A stretch of 62,419 nucleotides of DNA, filler included, from Stramenopiles sp. TOSAG23-2 (taxonomy: Eukaryota), in assembly GCA_900128395.1 (NCBI GenBank). It is 7 parts of 7 records of this genome, joined end to end, with 100 filler letters (N's around TTAATTAATTAA, not from the genome) between each part and the next. Parts side by side here need not be neighbours in the genome. Positions count along the whole stretch, not along the records: positions 11,882 to 23,661 come from LT649900.1; positions 23,762 to 35,530 come from LT649901.1; 5 more parts are not named here. One strand, given 5' to 3'. Both the position numbers and the translations under genes were made by a program. Below, one piece after another: positions 12,124-23,823 of the stretch. Position 1 is the first letter of the stretch. Every line of letters starts with the position of its first letter. The notes beneath the pieces are model-generated. The model saw nothing but the letters and a program-made list of their open reading frames with translations. It searched no databases and was not told the origin of the DNA.

Positions 12124-13695
12124 TTGTCTACAGGGTCGATAACATGGGAAGGGCAAAGGGCACAAATGGAAGTATTGGTGGAAGAGACGAAGAAGACGGC
12201 ACGTGTACGTATCGAATCGATGCAAGAGGAATTACGCACGAGGCGGGAGAAACAATATAGTCTACTGGAACGTTTACAAGCTGCAGAGGAAAGTATGCGA
12301 AGTTCCGAGGATGAATGCGAACGTTTGCGTGAAACAGTCAATGTTGTACAAGAGCGAATGTATGAATTGGATGCTCAATTGATTCAAGCAAAGCAATGGC
12401 GCACGGAAGATCAAGGAAAAGGAAATGCGGAAGTGATGAAATGGAAAACCAAAGTAAAAGAACGAGATGTAGAAATCAAAACATATAAAGAAGCAAATGT
12501 TGGAATAAAGCGACAATTGCAAGAAATGGCAGCAACAGTTTTACAATTAGTGGAAAAGGCCAAAGTGTCGGATAATAAATTAGAACAAGAGGGTAAAAAA
12601 GCATCTGGGAAACGTGCTCAGTTAGAAGCATTACAACAACGTATAGCTGGTTTGATACAAGAAGGAACGAAGGAAGGGAAAGCAAGGGTACAAGCTGAAA
12701 CTACAGTAAAAGTCTTGCATGAACAAATCAATGAATTACGAAAACAAAACAAACGTTTAGTAGAAACTATGAAACAAAATTTAATTAAATTCGAGGAACG
12801 AGAAGAGCATTTAAAGCGCCGCATGACTAGTATACAAGCTCGTTTAACAGGTGAGCAACGTGCACGTCGTGCTGGTGTTGTGCGTATTATTGACCGTCGT
12901 ATAACAACGATGGATGAAATGCTGGAACGTGAACGCAGAGATCCAAGTATCAAAACAACTATTGACCTATCAAATATTGGTATAACAGATGATGAAATAA
13001 ATATGATCAGTCCTTTATTTGGAAAAGAAGCTTTATTAGCGAAGCGATTTATAACTTTGAATTTATCATACAATCGCCTTGGAGACAATGGTGCAAGGCA
13101 ATTGAGCAATTTAATACGCAGTGGTACATTTTTACAAAATATTAATATCAGTGGCAATACGATAAGTGGTGAAGGTATTCGTGCATTAGCGGAAGGTGTC
13201 AGTGCATCTTCAGCATTAGGTGTACAACACGTATATGTTCATAAAGATGGTAAAGTCCAAGGACTTGGTGCAAGAAACAAATCATGGAAAGATGGCGAAG
13301 GAAATGAGAGTGTTGGTGGAATATTAGGTTCACCGAAAAGTGCGGAAACGGTTTTAACTGTTGATATAAGAAATAATGTTGCACCAGAAACAGCTGCTGT
13401 TAGTGAATATGAAATAAAAGCACCGCAAATAAACACTTCAAGCAACAAAATTGGCAAAGGAAGTAGTTTAGATTCTAGAAAAGAAGAAAAAAAAAGAAAA
13501 GAAGAGGCCTTTTTGAAAAAGGTATATGGTGATCAACAGGATTACTCATCCTCCTCATCTACAAAAGAAGGAGAAAAGAAAGATAGTACGAACCGTAGTA
13601 GTAGTAATAATAACAATAAGAAGAACGAACAAGGGAAAATTAAGAAAAAAAGAAGTGGTTTATTTAGTAAGAAAAAGAAGAAAAAAGTTGTTTAA
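12124..13695 (+). CDS. Coiled-coil plus RI-type leucine-rich repeat protein (5' incomplete or disrupted)
   Basis: Heptad region followed by IDLSNIGITD, LNLSYNRLGDNGARQLS, INISGNTISGEGIRALA. Confidence 0.75.
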   Translation: MSTGSITWEGQRAQMEVLVEETKKTARVRIESMQEELRTRREKQYSLLERLQAAEESMRSSEDECERLRETVNVVQERMYELDAQLIQAKQWRTEDQGKGNAEVMKWKTKVKERDVEIKTYKEANVGIKRQLQEMAATVLQLVEKAKVSDNKLEQEGKKASGKRAQLEALQQRIAGLIQEGTKEGKARVQAETTVKVLHEQINELRKQNKRLVETMKQNLIKFEEREEHLKRRMTSIQARLTGEQRARRAGVVRIIDRRITTMDEMLERERRDPSIKTTIDLSNIGITDDEINMISPLFGKEALLAKRFITLNLSYNRLGDNGARQLSNLIRSGTFLQNINISGNTISGEGIRALAEGVSASSALGVQHVYVHKDGKVQGLGARNKSWKDGEGNESVGGILGSPKSAETVLTVDIRNNVAPETAAVSEYEIKAPQINTSSNKIGKGSSLDSRKEEKKRKEEAFLKKVYGDQQDYSSSSSTKEGEKKDSTNRSSSNNNNKKNEQGKIKKKRSGLFSKKKKKKVV

Positions 13696-14195
13696 GGTGG
13701 AGAGGAGAAGAGGAGAAGGCCGCCATTCTCTGGACACCATTAGATGATCTTCCAGGTCCAAATCTACGTTTTCCCTGGAAGGCCGTCATATTAAATGCAC
13801 ACGTATATTTAAATTTATTTTTTACGAACACGTATAATATTATACACAATCATATTTTACGCGCGTGTCTCTCTCTAGATATTTTATAATTAATACTACG
13901 TAAAATACATGTGTGTATGATAGTTCTCTCCTCCTCTGTTGATTATGTTCGGTGTGGGGAGAGCTAGAGGTATTATGATACTCATAATATTTTCATCCTC
14001 GATCAGATCATTTTTGTCCCAAATCCAAAAACAACACCCACTGTGTCTATGCTATTGTTTTTAAGCGTACTACTATGCTAGAATATATTTACGATGGACA
14101 CAGCATTGCCTACGATCCAATTTATCGTGGGAGGAAACGTGATTAATGACCAACAAGAGGAATACTGTTATACTGTTATGTATTATTTATACACT

Positions 14196-14361
14196 ACAAA
14201 TATAGACTAATTATTATACAATTCCATATATATTGGATTCATTTCATTTTTGTTGTTATATATATATAGAGAGAGAGAACAAATATAGACTAATTATTAT
14301 ACAATTCCATATATATTGGATTCATTTCATTTTTGTTGTTATATATATATAGAGAGAGAGA
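14196..14361. repeat. Tandem duplication, 83-bp unit x2
   Basis: ACAAATATAGACTAATTATTATACAATTCC at 14196 and 14279. Confidence 0.9.
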
Positions 14362-14529
14362 GTTCGAAATTTTATTTTGCATTGCAGCTTGATCAACTTT
14401 TGATATATTGTATTATAATCAATAAGAAATTTCTTGTTTTGTTTTGTTTTGTTTCAAAAAAAACAAACTAGAAGTGATAAATTATTGTAAGATTGCAAGA
14501 CATTTACGCGAAACAGTATTATAGAAAAC

Positions 14530-16575
14530 ATGTTACGAAATGTAGTTCGTACAACACGAATAATACGTCGAGTACAATGTAATAATAATAATAACAACAA
14601 CAATGTTAACAATAACAATTGGAAATATCTATTTACAAGTATTAGAAGAAAAAACACATATAAAAATGCAACGATAGGAAAATATAATAATCGTAATTTA
14701 TTTATTAGAAGAAAAACTACATATAAAAATGCAACAGAAAATGCTAATAATAAATCTGACGCTTTGTTAAATAATTTATTTCCAAAATTATTTGGTATCA
14801 GTGTAATAGGTGGTGGAGCATATTATATAGCAGATGAATACGGTATTGATTTAAATCCATTTAGTGGGTTGTTTGATGGTGGTGACGGTAGCGATGGCAA
14901 TGGGGTATTTATTGAAAATATCCAAGAGCCAGATGCAGAATTTGTACATCCATATGAAGGTGCATCTATATTATTTAAGATACAATTTTTTATACGTCGA
15001 GGGATATATTTATTATATATGTGGACCCCAGCAACGATAATGTCCTTGCTTGGTATCATTACAGGTATTACCGTAGTGCAAGATTTAGCATTGGAATGGA
15101 CTGTGCGTACATTGGAAAATTGTGGGATGACATTTCAAAAATTTGGCCAATGGCTTTCGATGCGTCCGGATATTTTCTCCCCAAAAGTAATTGAAGCGTT
15201 AAGTACACTTTGCGATGATTCAAAGGTTCATGGATATGAAGTTACAAGGCAAGTGATACGAGAGGAATTTGGTGAAGATATTGAAGAATATTTTGAAGAA
15301 TTTGATTCGAAACCATTAGCAAGTGGTTCCGTTGCGCAAGTATATCGGGCAAAGTTGAAAAAGAAATATGCATTGAAAAATGGCGAGGTAAATGTTGCAG
15401 TGAAAATTAGGCACCCACAAGTCATTGAGGAATCGTATATGGATATAGATTTAGTATATTTTGCAATGCAAAACATGCCATTTTTAACAATACCATTTAA
15501 TAAAGATTCATTTTTAGCTACAATACAAAAACAAATGAGTTTCAAATGGGAAGCATTTAATATGACACGGTTTGCAAAAAATTTTAAACGCGAAACAAAA
15601 GATGGTAATGTATTGTTTCCACAAGTTTCTTCTACATTATTAGGGGAATCCGTTTTACTCATGTCATTTGCAAAAGGCAAGCCATTGTCTGATATATTTT
15701 CCGTTGTCGATGGTGGTGGCCATGGTTGGAAAGTGGTAAATTTATTTAAACGTGGTAGTGAAGAGGAAAAACTGTTTGAATCTAAGAAAGACTTAGCAAA
15801 TCGAGTTTTTGATATTAATATGAAAATGTTCTTGCGTGATAATTTTGTCCATGGCGATATGCATGGAGGTAATTTATTATATTCCGTAGATGACAATGGA
15901 AAAAATATATTAACAGTACTTGATGCTGGATTGACTGTATCATTAGATGATAAAGTTGCTAGAAGTTTTTCCGAATTTTTGTACAGCATGATCATGGGTG
16001 ATGTTGATGGAATCATGACAAAATTGATTGAATTTAATGATAGTAAGAAAAAAGTAGATATAACAGGATTTCGTCATGATGTTGAAAAACAAGTTAATTT
16101 ATGGGTTGGAGAACGTAGTACATTACCATTAACAGCGCCAAAAGCGCCAGATGGTGGACCAATTAGTATTGGCGATTTAATGGGAGGGATCATGTTTAGT
16201 ATGCAACGGTATGGTATAGCATTGCGTGGTGATGTTGCAGCGACGTTGTTAACTATTAGTATAAGTGAAGGTTTAATTCGGCAATTGGACCCATCCTTTG
16301 ATATGTGCCGTGGTGCCATGCGATATTTCATTAAATATAACGATAGTGCATATAGTGTAATACCAACTGGTGATGAAGTGGTAGAAACGGTAAAAGAAGC
16401 CGCAAGTGAAGTTGCAGATGAGGTGATCCCGGATGTACCAGATATAGACATACCATCGATAGAAGAAGTAAAAGAAGTATTGCCAGAAATTGAAATGCCT
16501 GATGTAAAAATACCAGAAAATGTTGAGAAAAGTGTTGAAGAAGTGAAAGATAAAATAAAAGATGTTTTTAAATAA
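14530..16575 (+). CDS. ABC1/UbiB atypical kinase, ADCK2-like, probably mitochondrial
   Basis: KFGQWLSMRPD (KxGQ), ASGSVAQVYRA, VAVKIRHP, DNFVHGDMHGGN, LDAGL; Arg-rich N-terminus. Confidence 0.9.
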   Translation: MLRNVVRTTRIIRRVQCNNNNNNNNVNNNNWKYLFTSIRRKNTYKNATIGKYNNRNLFIRRKTTYKNATENANNKSDALLNNLFPKLFGISVIGGGAYYIADEYGIDLNPFSGLFDGGDGSDGNGVFIENIQEPDAEFVHPYEGASILFKIQFFIRRGIYLLYMWTPATIMSLLGIITGITVVQDLALEWTVRTLENCGMTFQKFGQWLSMRPDIFSPKVIEALSTLCDDSKVHGYEVTRQVIREEFGEDIEEYFEEFDSKPLASGSVAQVYRAKLKKKYALKNGEVNVAVKIRHPQVIEESYMDIDLVYFAMQNMPFLTIPFNKDSFLATIQKQMSFKWEAFNMTRFAKNFKRETKDGNVLFPQVSSTLLGESVLLMSFAKGKPLSDIFSVVDGGGHGWKVVNLFKRGSEEEKLFESKKDLANRVFDINMKMFLRDNFVHGDMHGGNLLYSVDDNGKNILTVLDAGLTVSLDDKVARSFSEFLYSMIMGDVDGIMTKLIEFNDSKKKVDITGFRHDVEKQVNLWVGERSTLPLTAPKAPDGGPISIGDLMGGIMFSMQRYGIALRGDVAATLLTISISEGLIRQLDPSFDMCRGAMRYFIKYNDSAYSVIPTGDEVVETVKEAASEVADEVIPDVPDIDIPSIEEVKEVLPEIEMPDVKIPENVEKSVEEVKDKIKDVFK

Positions 16576-17400
16576 AATGAATAAAAAAATATATAAAGTG
16601 CATGAGGTGATGAGGTGTGTGTGTGTGTGTGAAAGATGACGAGAGTGACGGAATATATGTAGGGCAGGGATGTTAAATATTTTCGAGGAATTTAAATATA
16701 AAAATATATATACTATTGTGCCATTATTATTAGAATTATATCCCCTAGTATAGAATATTATCAGATTATTATCCCTATCAGATGGTGTTGTACAAGTCAA
16801 AATTAAAATCTACTAAAATCGAGTCGACGGTATTGCTTTCATAATTTTCTTCAATTTGTAGTGTTAGCAATAGCGCAAAATATATACTTAAAATTTAAAA
16901 GCAAAATGGAATGATAAATTTACTATGAACACAAACTAATGAACAGGGTCATTAAGAAGAGGAAAACAAATACAAAAAAAAAAAATGCCAAGAGGTTCGA
17001 TTTAAAAAAAATACAATATTAATAGTGCCTTTTGATTTAAATTACATGACAGGATCGAGCGTTCCCAAATATATATTTTGACATTGTTTTTTCACGCCCC
17101 CCTTGTTTAATTTTGACCCTGCTATGTCCATGGAAAAAATCAGTGGCTGTAAATTGACAGACAGTTGGTGTTAATGTTAGGGTTATTACTATTTCCCATT
17201 GTAAGCATTGTTATTACCACCAGCACCAAATTACTTACAATTACCATTATGAAAATCATCTCGATATGTAGATATATGTTTATATAAACTACTATATTAC
17301 ATGTACCAAGAAGTAGATAGTAACAAGATATACATAATAAACATATTATATATATATTATAAATTTGTATTCAAACCATTTTAGTTTATTTTAATTAATC

Positions 17401-17955
17401 ATGCCTATTCGTCAATATCAAGTTGTTGGTCGTGCAACACCAACTGCAGCAGTGAAAGAACCAAAAGTATACCGCATGCGTATTTTTGCTAAAACACCAG
17501 TACAAGCAAGAGCACGTTTTTGGTATTTCCTTCATCAATATCGTCATATGAAAAAAACCACTGGCGACATCTTATCTGTAACTGAAATCACAGAAAAGAA
17601 CCCAAACATCGCAAAAGTATATGCAATCCATTTGCGTTACAACAGTAGAAGTGGAACACACAATATGATGAAAGAATACCGTGATACACGTCTTACTGGT
17701 GCAGTAGAACAATTATACGCAGAAATGTCTTCCAGACATCGTGCACGTGCAACTTCTATCCAAATCCGTAACACTGCGATTGTTCCAGGTCCACTTCTTT
17801 CTAAGAATCCATCCCAAGGTACAAAAAGACCAAGTGTAATACAAATGATCAATAGCAAAATCAAATTCCCAATGACACACCGTGTTCATCGTGGTGCACA
17901 CAAAAAACAACGCTCAACTTTCAAAGCAAGCAGACCATCAACATTCCGTGGTTAA
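17401..17955 (+). CDS. RPL18A: 60S ribosomal protein L18a (eL20)
   Basis: YQVVGR, YRMRIFA, RFWYF, LRYNSRSGTHNMMKEYRD, MSSRHRAR, IKFP; possible 5'UTR intron GTAAGC...TTAG at 17201-17384. Confidence 0.97.
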   Translation: MPIRQYQVVGRATPTAAVKEPKVYRMRIFAKTPVQARARFWYFLHQYRHMKKTTGDILSVTEITEKNPNIAKVYAIHLRYNSRSGTHNMMKEYRDTRLTGAVEQLYAEMSSRHRARATSIQIRNTAIVPGPLLSKNPSQGTKRPSVIQMINSKIKFPMTHRVHRGAHKKQRSTFKASRPSTFRG

Positions 17956-18300
17956 ACTTATAATAGTAGTGCTTTGTATTTAGTGAAAAATAGTATTAAA
18001 ATACACACCTGTCGTATATTATGTACTCGTAAATAATATTTTTAGCGTTTAAAATGATATATATGTATGTGGAAGAGAGACAAGAGAATGTATAAGAATA
18101 ATATTTTGTATGTTACGTAATATATTAGTGTTTGTGTTAAACATATATATATAATCAAAAAAGAGGTTCGTTTTTGTACACGAACCTACTCGTTTTTATT
18201 TTGTACCGTGTTTGCATTTTTTCCTCCTCTACTCTACATCTCTATTTCTCTCGTAGACGGTCTCTATATATTTACCCACACACTCTTATCTCTCTCTCTC

Positions 18301-21300
18301 TCACATCTTTAAACTCTCCGCTAAGCTCCTTAAATTTTCCATGATCATGTCCCGGTTTGATCCAACAGATCGCGCCAATTCACGTTGCAAAGGTATATTT
18401 AAACAAATGTATTGCATTAATAATGTTAAATCCAACATACGATTACACATAGGTCTCGAATTATTACTTGTAAATTTCGATCGTGTATATCTAAATTCAC
18501 GTGGATTTAAACCACAATGGTGCTCCAAAGCATTTGTTAAAACACTTTGTAATGTCAATAGGCGCCGATACATTTTCTCATCTAAAATTGGTGCCAATAT
18601 ACCAATTGATCCATCTAGTGTGCCGTACAACGAGCCATAAATATAATTATTTGCTAATGATTTCAATTTCTGTCGACTTGTCATTGCACCACCGATCATA
18701 CGTCGTTTGTGCAAAACACTTACAATCGAACCAAGTCTTATTTCGGAAACAGATTTTAAAGGTTGTTTCGTGTATTCACCAGTCACTCTATTTGCTTCTG
18801 GATCATATTCCATTACAATTATATCATTTTTATTATTTGTCATTAAAAGACCTAACGAATTGTTTTTCACATTGCTATTTTTAGCCCCGCTACTTGTAAT
18901 CATAAAACCACTTGTATATACATTTGTATTATGTATTGTATTATGATACGGATCCCAACCTAATAGTTCCAATTCACCTTGATGTGGCTTCCATCGCAAA
19001 AATTGTAAGCTGTGATAAATATCAGCTACTAAGACATAATTTTTTATAACCTTTACATTCACTGCTGTTACTTTCATATCATAAAATCCAATGCATAATA
19101 ATCTACCACGTCTTATTTCATATAACGTTAGGCGCCTTTCTGATGCTATTAGTAACGTACCACCTTTTGTTTTAGCTAACTGTTCGTTGGTCATTTTTTC
19201 ATGCGTTGCCACAGCACCTAAACTATCGCTGATTTGCCCTGTACTCTTTTTCTGTTTTGCTTTTTTTTCTTCTGCCTCTTTACGCAGTTCTGCAGGTGTT
19301 TTTACCCTTAACTTGTCCAAAACTGTTTTAGATCTTAGTGATTGGATACCCGTAACACCACCAGCAGTGGCCATTTTATAATGCAAAACTAAACCTGTTG
19401 CTGTTGGTTTCAACGCCAATACACGCCCATACCCATGTAAATCATTCCCTTGCGGCTTTACAAAACCTGTGCCTACGAATAAAAACGTTTTCATATATTC
19501 TTCCCCTACATCATATACAGTAGAGTATTGGAGACACATCCCATACTCGTTTGATTCCAAGGCATATTCATGCAACACTTTTATCTGCTTTCCATCAATG
19601 TCGTCATCCATCTCATCGTCATCATCCTCATTATCATCTTCCTCTTCATCGATGATTTGAATAATTTTCACAAAAAACTGTTCATCCTCTGTGCTTGGCG
19701 CACCACCTAATTCATCTAAATCTTCATCTTTGACATATTGCGGTCTTTTTTCTCTAGGCTCATACGGTTCGCCTAATTCTTGTGCTGCAATCATTGCTGC
19801 TTTTTCTAAATCTTCATCAATCACTTTCAACGTAATACCAGGAACTGGTTTTGATGTTATTGCAGCATAAACATTTGGAGCGTTGTATAAATGATGTGGC
19901 AAGGGCAAAATTTCTCGTATATTTTCACCTAGAACTAATTTCTGGCCAGATAAAATATTTGTGAAAGCACCATCTGAACCAATACGGACGTCATCATTTG
20001 TACGGTTGGCCATTTCACACATAATGGCATTTCCATTGCTATGCACTAATAGTAAACCTTTATCACATTGTTCAATATTCAATGGCGTCATTGACACGAT
20101 TGTTGGGTTGTAATATTTTTTCATTGGTTTATTATTATCGCCATTTTCATTTTGAGATTTTTGTTGGCGAGCGAGATACGATGATGATGGCAATGAAGCA
20201 GCATATACACAAATATGGCCTTGTTCAGTAGTTACCCAGACAGGACGATACGTATTACAATATATCATGCTATGATCAGCAACACCTGAACAATATGTAA
20301 GAATTGACTTGGATGAAACAACGCTACTTGATTCTTCAAAACGATCTTTTTTTCTATCTTTTTTCTTTCCATGATTTCTAGGAGGTCGTGTGACGATAGA
20401 ATGTTTAACGCGTACAAATGCCAATGGTAAAACATCGTTGCTATCGTTTCCATCTGCATCCTCGTATATCATGCTTGGTTGTGGATGGCGTTGGTATACT
20501 AAAACATCACCTGATTCTAATACCATTGTCAAAACACATGTGCCTTCATTTTTATAATACGATTTATTCTTTATTGTATCTTCGTCGAGATCTTCCTCCT
20601 GCTCCAACGGGCCTACATATGCAATCATAACATCTACTACCGTAGAAGTATTAGATGTTCCTAAACCACCAGCATCACTAGTATTTCTCTTCTTTTTTAC
20701 TATTTTTTTATCATCTTCTCCATCATCATTGTTTTTGTTGCCTTTATCCAAAAGCTTTTGTGCCATGCGAGTCAACTTGCGTCGTCTATCAACTAACAAT
20801 TCAGCACCGTTAGCAGCATCGATGCTTTGAAACAACAGTTTGATACTCTCCCCAAAAGAAGATTGTTTATCTGGTAGGTTTGTAATTTCTAATGTGCCAT
20901 TTTCATAGCATGCTAAGATGTATGGTTGTACCCTATCTTGTGATTTCACGGTTTTTTGTAGCTCCAAGACCTTTAATTGTCTCTCGATCGCAACTTTTTG
21001 TCCAGAATTCACATTTGAATCATCGTTATCTATATTCATTTGGCTATCGTCATCGTCATCGTCATCATCTTCGTCTCCGTATAGAATGTCATCTTCTTCA
21101 TTGTTGCCCATCAAATCAAAATTGATAGCTTTACTCCTCCTAAGACCTTTCATACGATTTTTTGAAAGAAGGGGTGGGGGTGGGCGTGCAAAAGGAGGTG
21201 CCATCAAGGTATTTTTTGAATGGTCTACTATGTTTTTATCACTAAATATTCGCATGCATAATGTTTTACTATTGCTGACATTTATATCTTTTCGTTTAGT

Positions 21301-23661
21301 AGCGGAAATTGTATTTTTTTCAAATTTCCCTGGAATATTTTTTGGCATAAGCAAATGCATATTTTCATCACTTGTATAAATTAAAATGTGTGGATCACTT
21401 ATTGTTACATGAGTAATTTCACATGGTTGCTTCTTACTAGGAGACAAATTAATTTCTGAACTTTTCATTGCTTTTCCAGGTTCATCACTACCATCCATCC
21501 AATATAAAAGGACGCGATTTCTTAATACTTGAACGGCAACGGTACCATTTAAGAGTGTTCCAGACATTATAGTATCTTCATCTAATACAAATGTGGTGGT
21601 TTTTTCAGTCAATGGCTTCATCGACCCATTTGCAAATGAAATTACTTTCGTTTGTTTACCTACAGACAATAGCAATAAATTATCGTACCCTTCATCATCG
21701 TCTTCATCGTCGTCATTGTTTTCTCCAAGTTGAACTTTTAACGCCCACGATCCTTTGCATTTACCACCTTTCAATACAAATGCCATTTGCTCAAACAATT
21801 CCATGCTTGCATGCAATGTAGTCAGCCCACTATTTGTACGATATCCTGAACTGCAAATAATTTCTTCACCACGATTCCTTAATTCATCATATGCCATATT
21901 ATTTTCACGCTTTGTTTTCTCATCTATTGCAATAGACGTAATAGGCCCTAAATTAACTAGAACATCACATGGAAGGAATTGATATACTTTATTTTGCTGT
22001 TTACCACTTTTACCCGATTTTAATGCTCCTGTGCTATTGCTTTTAGCAGCATCATCATCGTCATCATCATCATTGTTATTATTATTTCCCTCTCCATATA
22101 AAAAATCATCATCATCGTCGTCGTCATCGCTATCATCATCACTATCTTCGTTCATTTCATTGTCGTTCATTGTCCCACCGGTTTTAGATTTTTTACTTGA
22201 ATTGTTTGTACTATTATCATCAGTAGTTCTTGGACGTTTTCGAGATGATTGTGATAATTTGGGAGATAAAAATACGTCATTTTCCCCTTTTAAATTTGCA
22301 TCTAAAATTTCTTTATACTTTAATAACAGTGAATCACCCAACCATGATCCTAAAAATAATATACCACTATTCAGATTTTTTCCATTTGCATCCCCCGTAG
22401 TGACTTCGTCTTTACTATCTTTAGTTTCTAACAATAAGCGTTCTGAAGAATTGTACGACCACGATGCAATTGAAGATGCAATATTTGCATTTGCACCAGT
22501 TCGTACTAAATTTAATTTTGTTACAGCATCCGCAATTACAATTAAATGTAATAAATATAAATCACCATTATCAGCAGTAATCAATGCACATGTATTGTCT
22601 AGAAATACGCATTGCGTTTCTGCATTCAATACTAAGCGATATCGTTTATTATTTGGTTCAATGTTGCACAACGTTTTGTCAACTGTAGTTACTGCAAAGC
22701 CATTTGTTGCTATGCCACAACGATTGTTTTGACTAAAATATATAACTGCATTGGATGATAAAATCAATGCACCGCCTAATGGTCTTGGTACAGCAAGTAC
22801 ATGATGCGAATCGTAAGGTAAATTTTTTATATTCCATATGCATGGACTTTGTTCGTGTTGCAAATTTAAAGACAATGCAAACAAATTACAAGTATTTGTT
22901 AGGTTTGATAATGAACCAGTCCATGTTCTTAAAACATTTTCCTGCAATAGTAGTAAAGTTGGTTCAAAATAGCCATGCAAAAACGTCATACTTTTAACAA
23001 CACTGCCATTATTACTATTCGCCCTACCTTTCCCTATTTGGACAATATATGGCTTCAATACTAGTGGCGATCGGACAGTTTTTACATTGTTATAGATAAT
23101 ATTATTGTCATTCTTGTTGTTATTATTTGTATTATTATTATTCTCACTTCCAGTATTGATACCGCCTTTAGCTTTCGGGGAACTTTTCCTTGATGTAGTA
23201 GTAGTAGTTTTTGTTGTTGTTGATGATGATGGCGACGATGCAGGTGATTTGCCTTTTGATCTTTTTGGCGAGCGAATTCCTTGTGATGGTGCAATACCAC
23301 CTTGTAAAAATGGAATGATAACAAGTTGATCATCATTTCCAAGTATAGCAATACATCGATTTAATGGGTCAACACTAGCAATGGATATGCCACTACGATC
23401 TGCACGATCGTTATTTTCTGTATATGCTAATTTTACATCAGCTCCATATCCCTCTGCATCTTCTGCTAGATGGTGTAGCGCCAATGTTCTTAAATTATGT
23501 TTGATAGGATCATATGCGACTAACGAACATTTTGAATTTGGGAATGTCAAAAATAAACCATCAAAACCATGTGGTTCGCCTATGGCATTAGCTTCTAAAT
23601 CTGCAAATCTTATAGTATTAATGGTTTGAACATTTCCAAAAAGTTTAAATGAATGTCGTAA
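18301..23661 (-). CDS. CPSF1: Cleavage and polyadenylation specificity factor 160-kDa subunit (5' partial at contig end)
   Basis: Frame open to contig end (LFGNVQ...DGLFLTFPNSKCSLVAYDP); FLHGYFEPTLLLL, LPYD, LFLGSWLGDSLLL, C-terminal YRRLLTLQSVL...HHCGLNPREFR. Confidence 0.92.
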   Translation of the reverse strand, partial: LRHSFKLFGNVQTINTIRFADLEANAIGEPHGFDGLFLTFPNSKCSLVAYDPIKHNLRTLALHHLAEDAEGYGADVKLAYTENNDRADRSGISIASVDPLNRCIAILGNDDQLVIIPFLQGGIAPSQGIRSPKRSKGKSPASSPSSSTTTKTTTTTSRKSSPKAKGGINTGSENNNNTNNNNKNDNNIIYNNVKTVRSPLVLKPYIVQIGKGRANSNNGSVVKSMTFLHGYFEPTLLLLQENVLRTWTGSLSNLTNTCNLFALSLNLQHEQSPCIWNIKNLPYDSHHVLAVPRPLGGALILSSNAVIYFSQNNRCGIATNGFAVTTVDKTLCNIEPNNKRYRLVLNAETQCVFLDNTCALITADNGDLYLLHLIVIADAVTKLNLVRTGANANIASSIASWSYNSSERLLLETKDSKDEVTTGDANGKNLNSGILFLGSWLGDSLLLKYKEILDANLKGENDVFLSPKLSQSSRKRPRTTDDNSTNNSSKKSKTGGTMNDNEMNEDSDDDSDDDDDDDDFLYGEGNNNNNDDDDDDDAAKSNSTGALKSGKSGKQQNKVYQFLPCDVLVNLGPITSIAIDEKTKRENNMAYDELRNRGEEIICSSGYRTNSGLTTLHASMELFEQMAFVLKGGKCKGSWALKVQLGENNDDDEDDDEGYDNLLLLSVGKQTKVISFANGSMKPLTEKTTTFVLDEDTIMSGTLLNGTVAVQVLRNRVLLYWMDGSDEPGKAMKSSEINLSPSKKQPCEITHVTISDPHILIYTSDENMHLLMPKNIPGKFEKNTISATKRKDINVSNSKTLCMRIFSDKNIVDHSKNTLMAPPFARPPPPLLSKNRMKGLRRSKAINFDLMGNNEEDDILYGDEDDDDDDDDSQMNIDNDDSNVNSGQKVAIERQLKVLELQKTVKSQDRVQPYILACYENGTLEITNLPDKQSSFGESIKLLFQSIDAANGAELLVDRRRKLTRMAQKLLDKGNKNNDDGEDDKKIVKKKRNTSDAGGLGTSNTSTVVDVMIAYVGPLEQEEDLDEDTIKNKSYYKNEGTCVLTMVLESGDVLVYQRHPQPSMIYEDADGNDSNDVLPLAFVRVKHSIVTRPPRNHGKKKDRKKDRFEESSSVVSSKSILTYCSGVADHSMIYCNTYRPVWVTTEQGHICVYAASLPSSSYLARQQKSQNENGDNNKPMKKYYNPTIVSMTPLNIEQCDKGLLLVHSNGNAIMCEMANRTNDDVRIGSDGAFTNILSGQKLVLGENIREILPLPHHLYNAPNVYAAITSKPVPGITLKVIDEDLEKAAMIAAQELGEPYEPREKRPQYVKDEDLDELGGAPSTEDEQFFVKIIQIIDEEEDDNEDDDDEMDDDIDGKQIKVLHEYALESNEYGMCLQYSTVYDVGEEYMKTFLFVGTGFVKPQGNDLHGYGRVLALKPTATGLVLHYKMATAGGVTGIQSLRSKTVLDKLRVKTPAELRKEAEEKKAKQKKSTGQISDSLGAVATHEKMTNEQLAKTKGGTLLIASERRLTLYEIRRGRLLCIGFYDMKVTAVNVKVIKNYVLVADIYHSLQFLRWKPHQGELELLGWDPYHNTIHNTNVYTSGFMITSSGAKNSNVKNNSLGLLMTNNKNDIIVMEYDPEANRVTGEYTKQPLKSVSEIRLGSIVSVLHKRRMIGGAMTSRQKLKSLANNYIYGSLYGTLDGSIGILAPILDEKMYRRLLTLQSVLTNALEHHCGLNPREFRYTRSKFTSNNSRPMCNRMLDLTLLMQYICLNIPLQRELARSVGSNRDMIMENLRSLAESLKM

Positions 23662-23763
23662 NNNNNNNNNNNNNNNNNNNNNNNNNNNNNNNNNNNNNNN
23701 NNNNNTTAATTAATTAANNNNNNNNNNNNNNNNNNNNNNNNNNNNNNNNNNNNNNNNNNNNAT

Positions 23764-23823
23764 TATAATATCCAAAAAGAAGCCACATTGCATTTAGTAT
23801 TGCGTTTACGTGGTGGATGTTAA
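23764..23823 (+). CDS. 3' end of a ubiquitin/polyubiquitin-like gene (partial)
   Basis: YNIQKEATLHLVLRLRGGC-stop at contig start. Confidence 0.85.
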   Translation, partial: YNIQKEATLHLVLRLRGGC

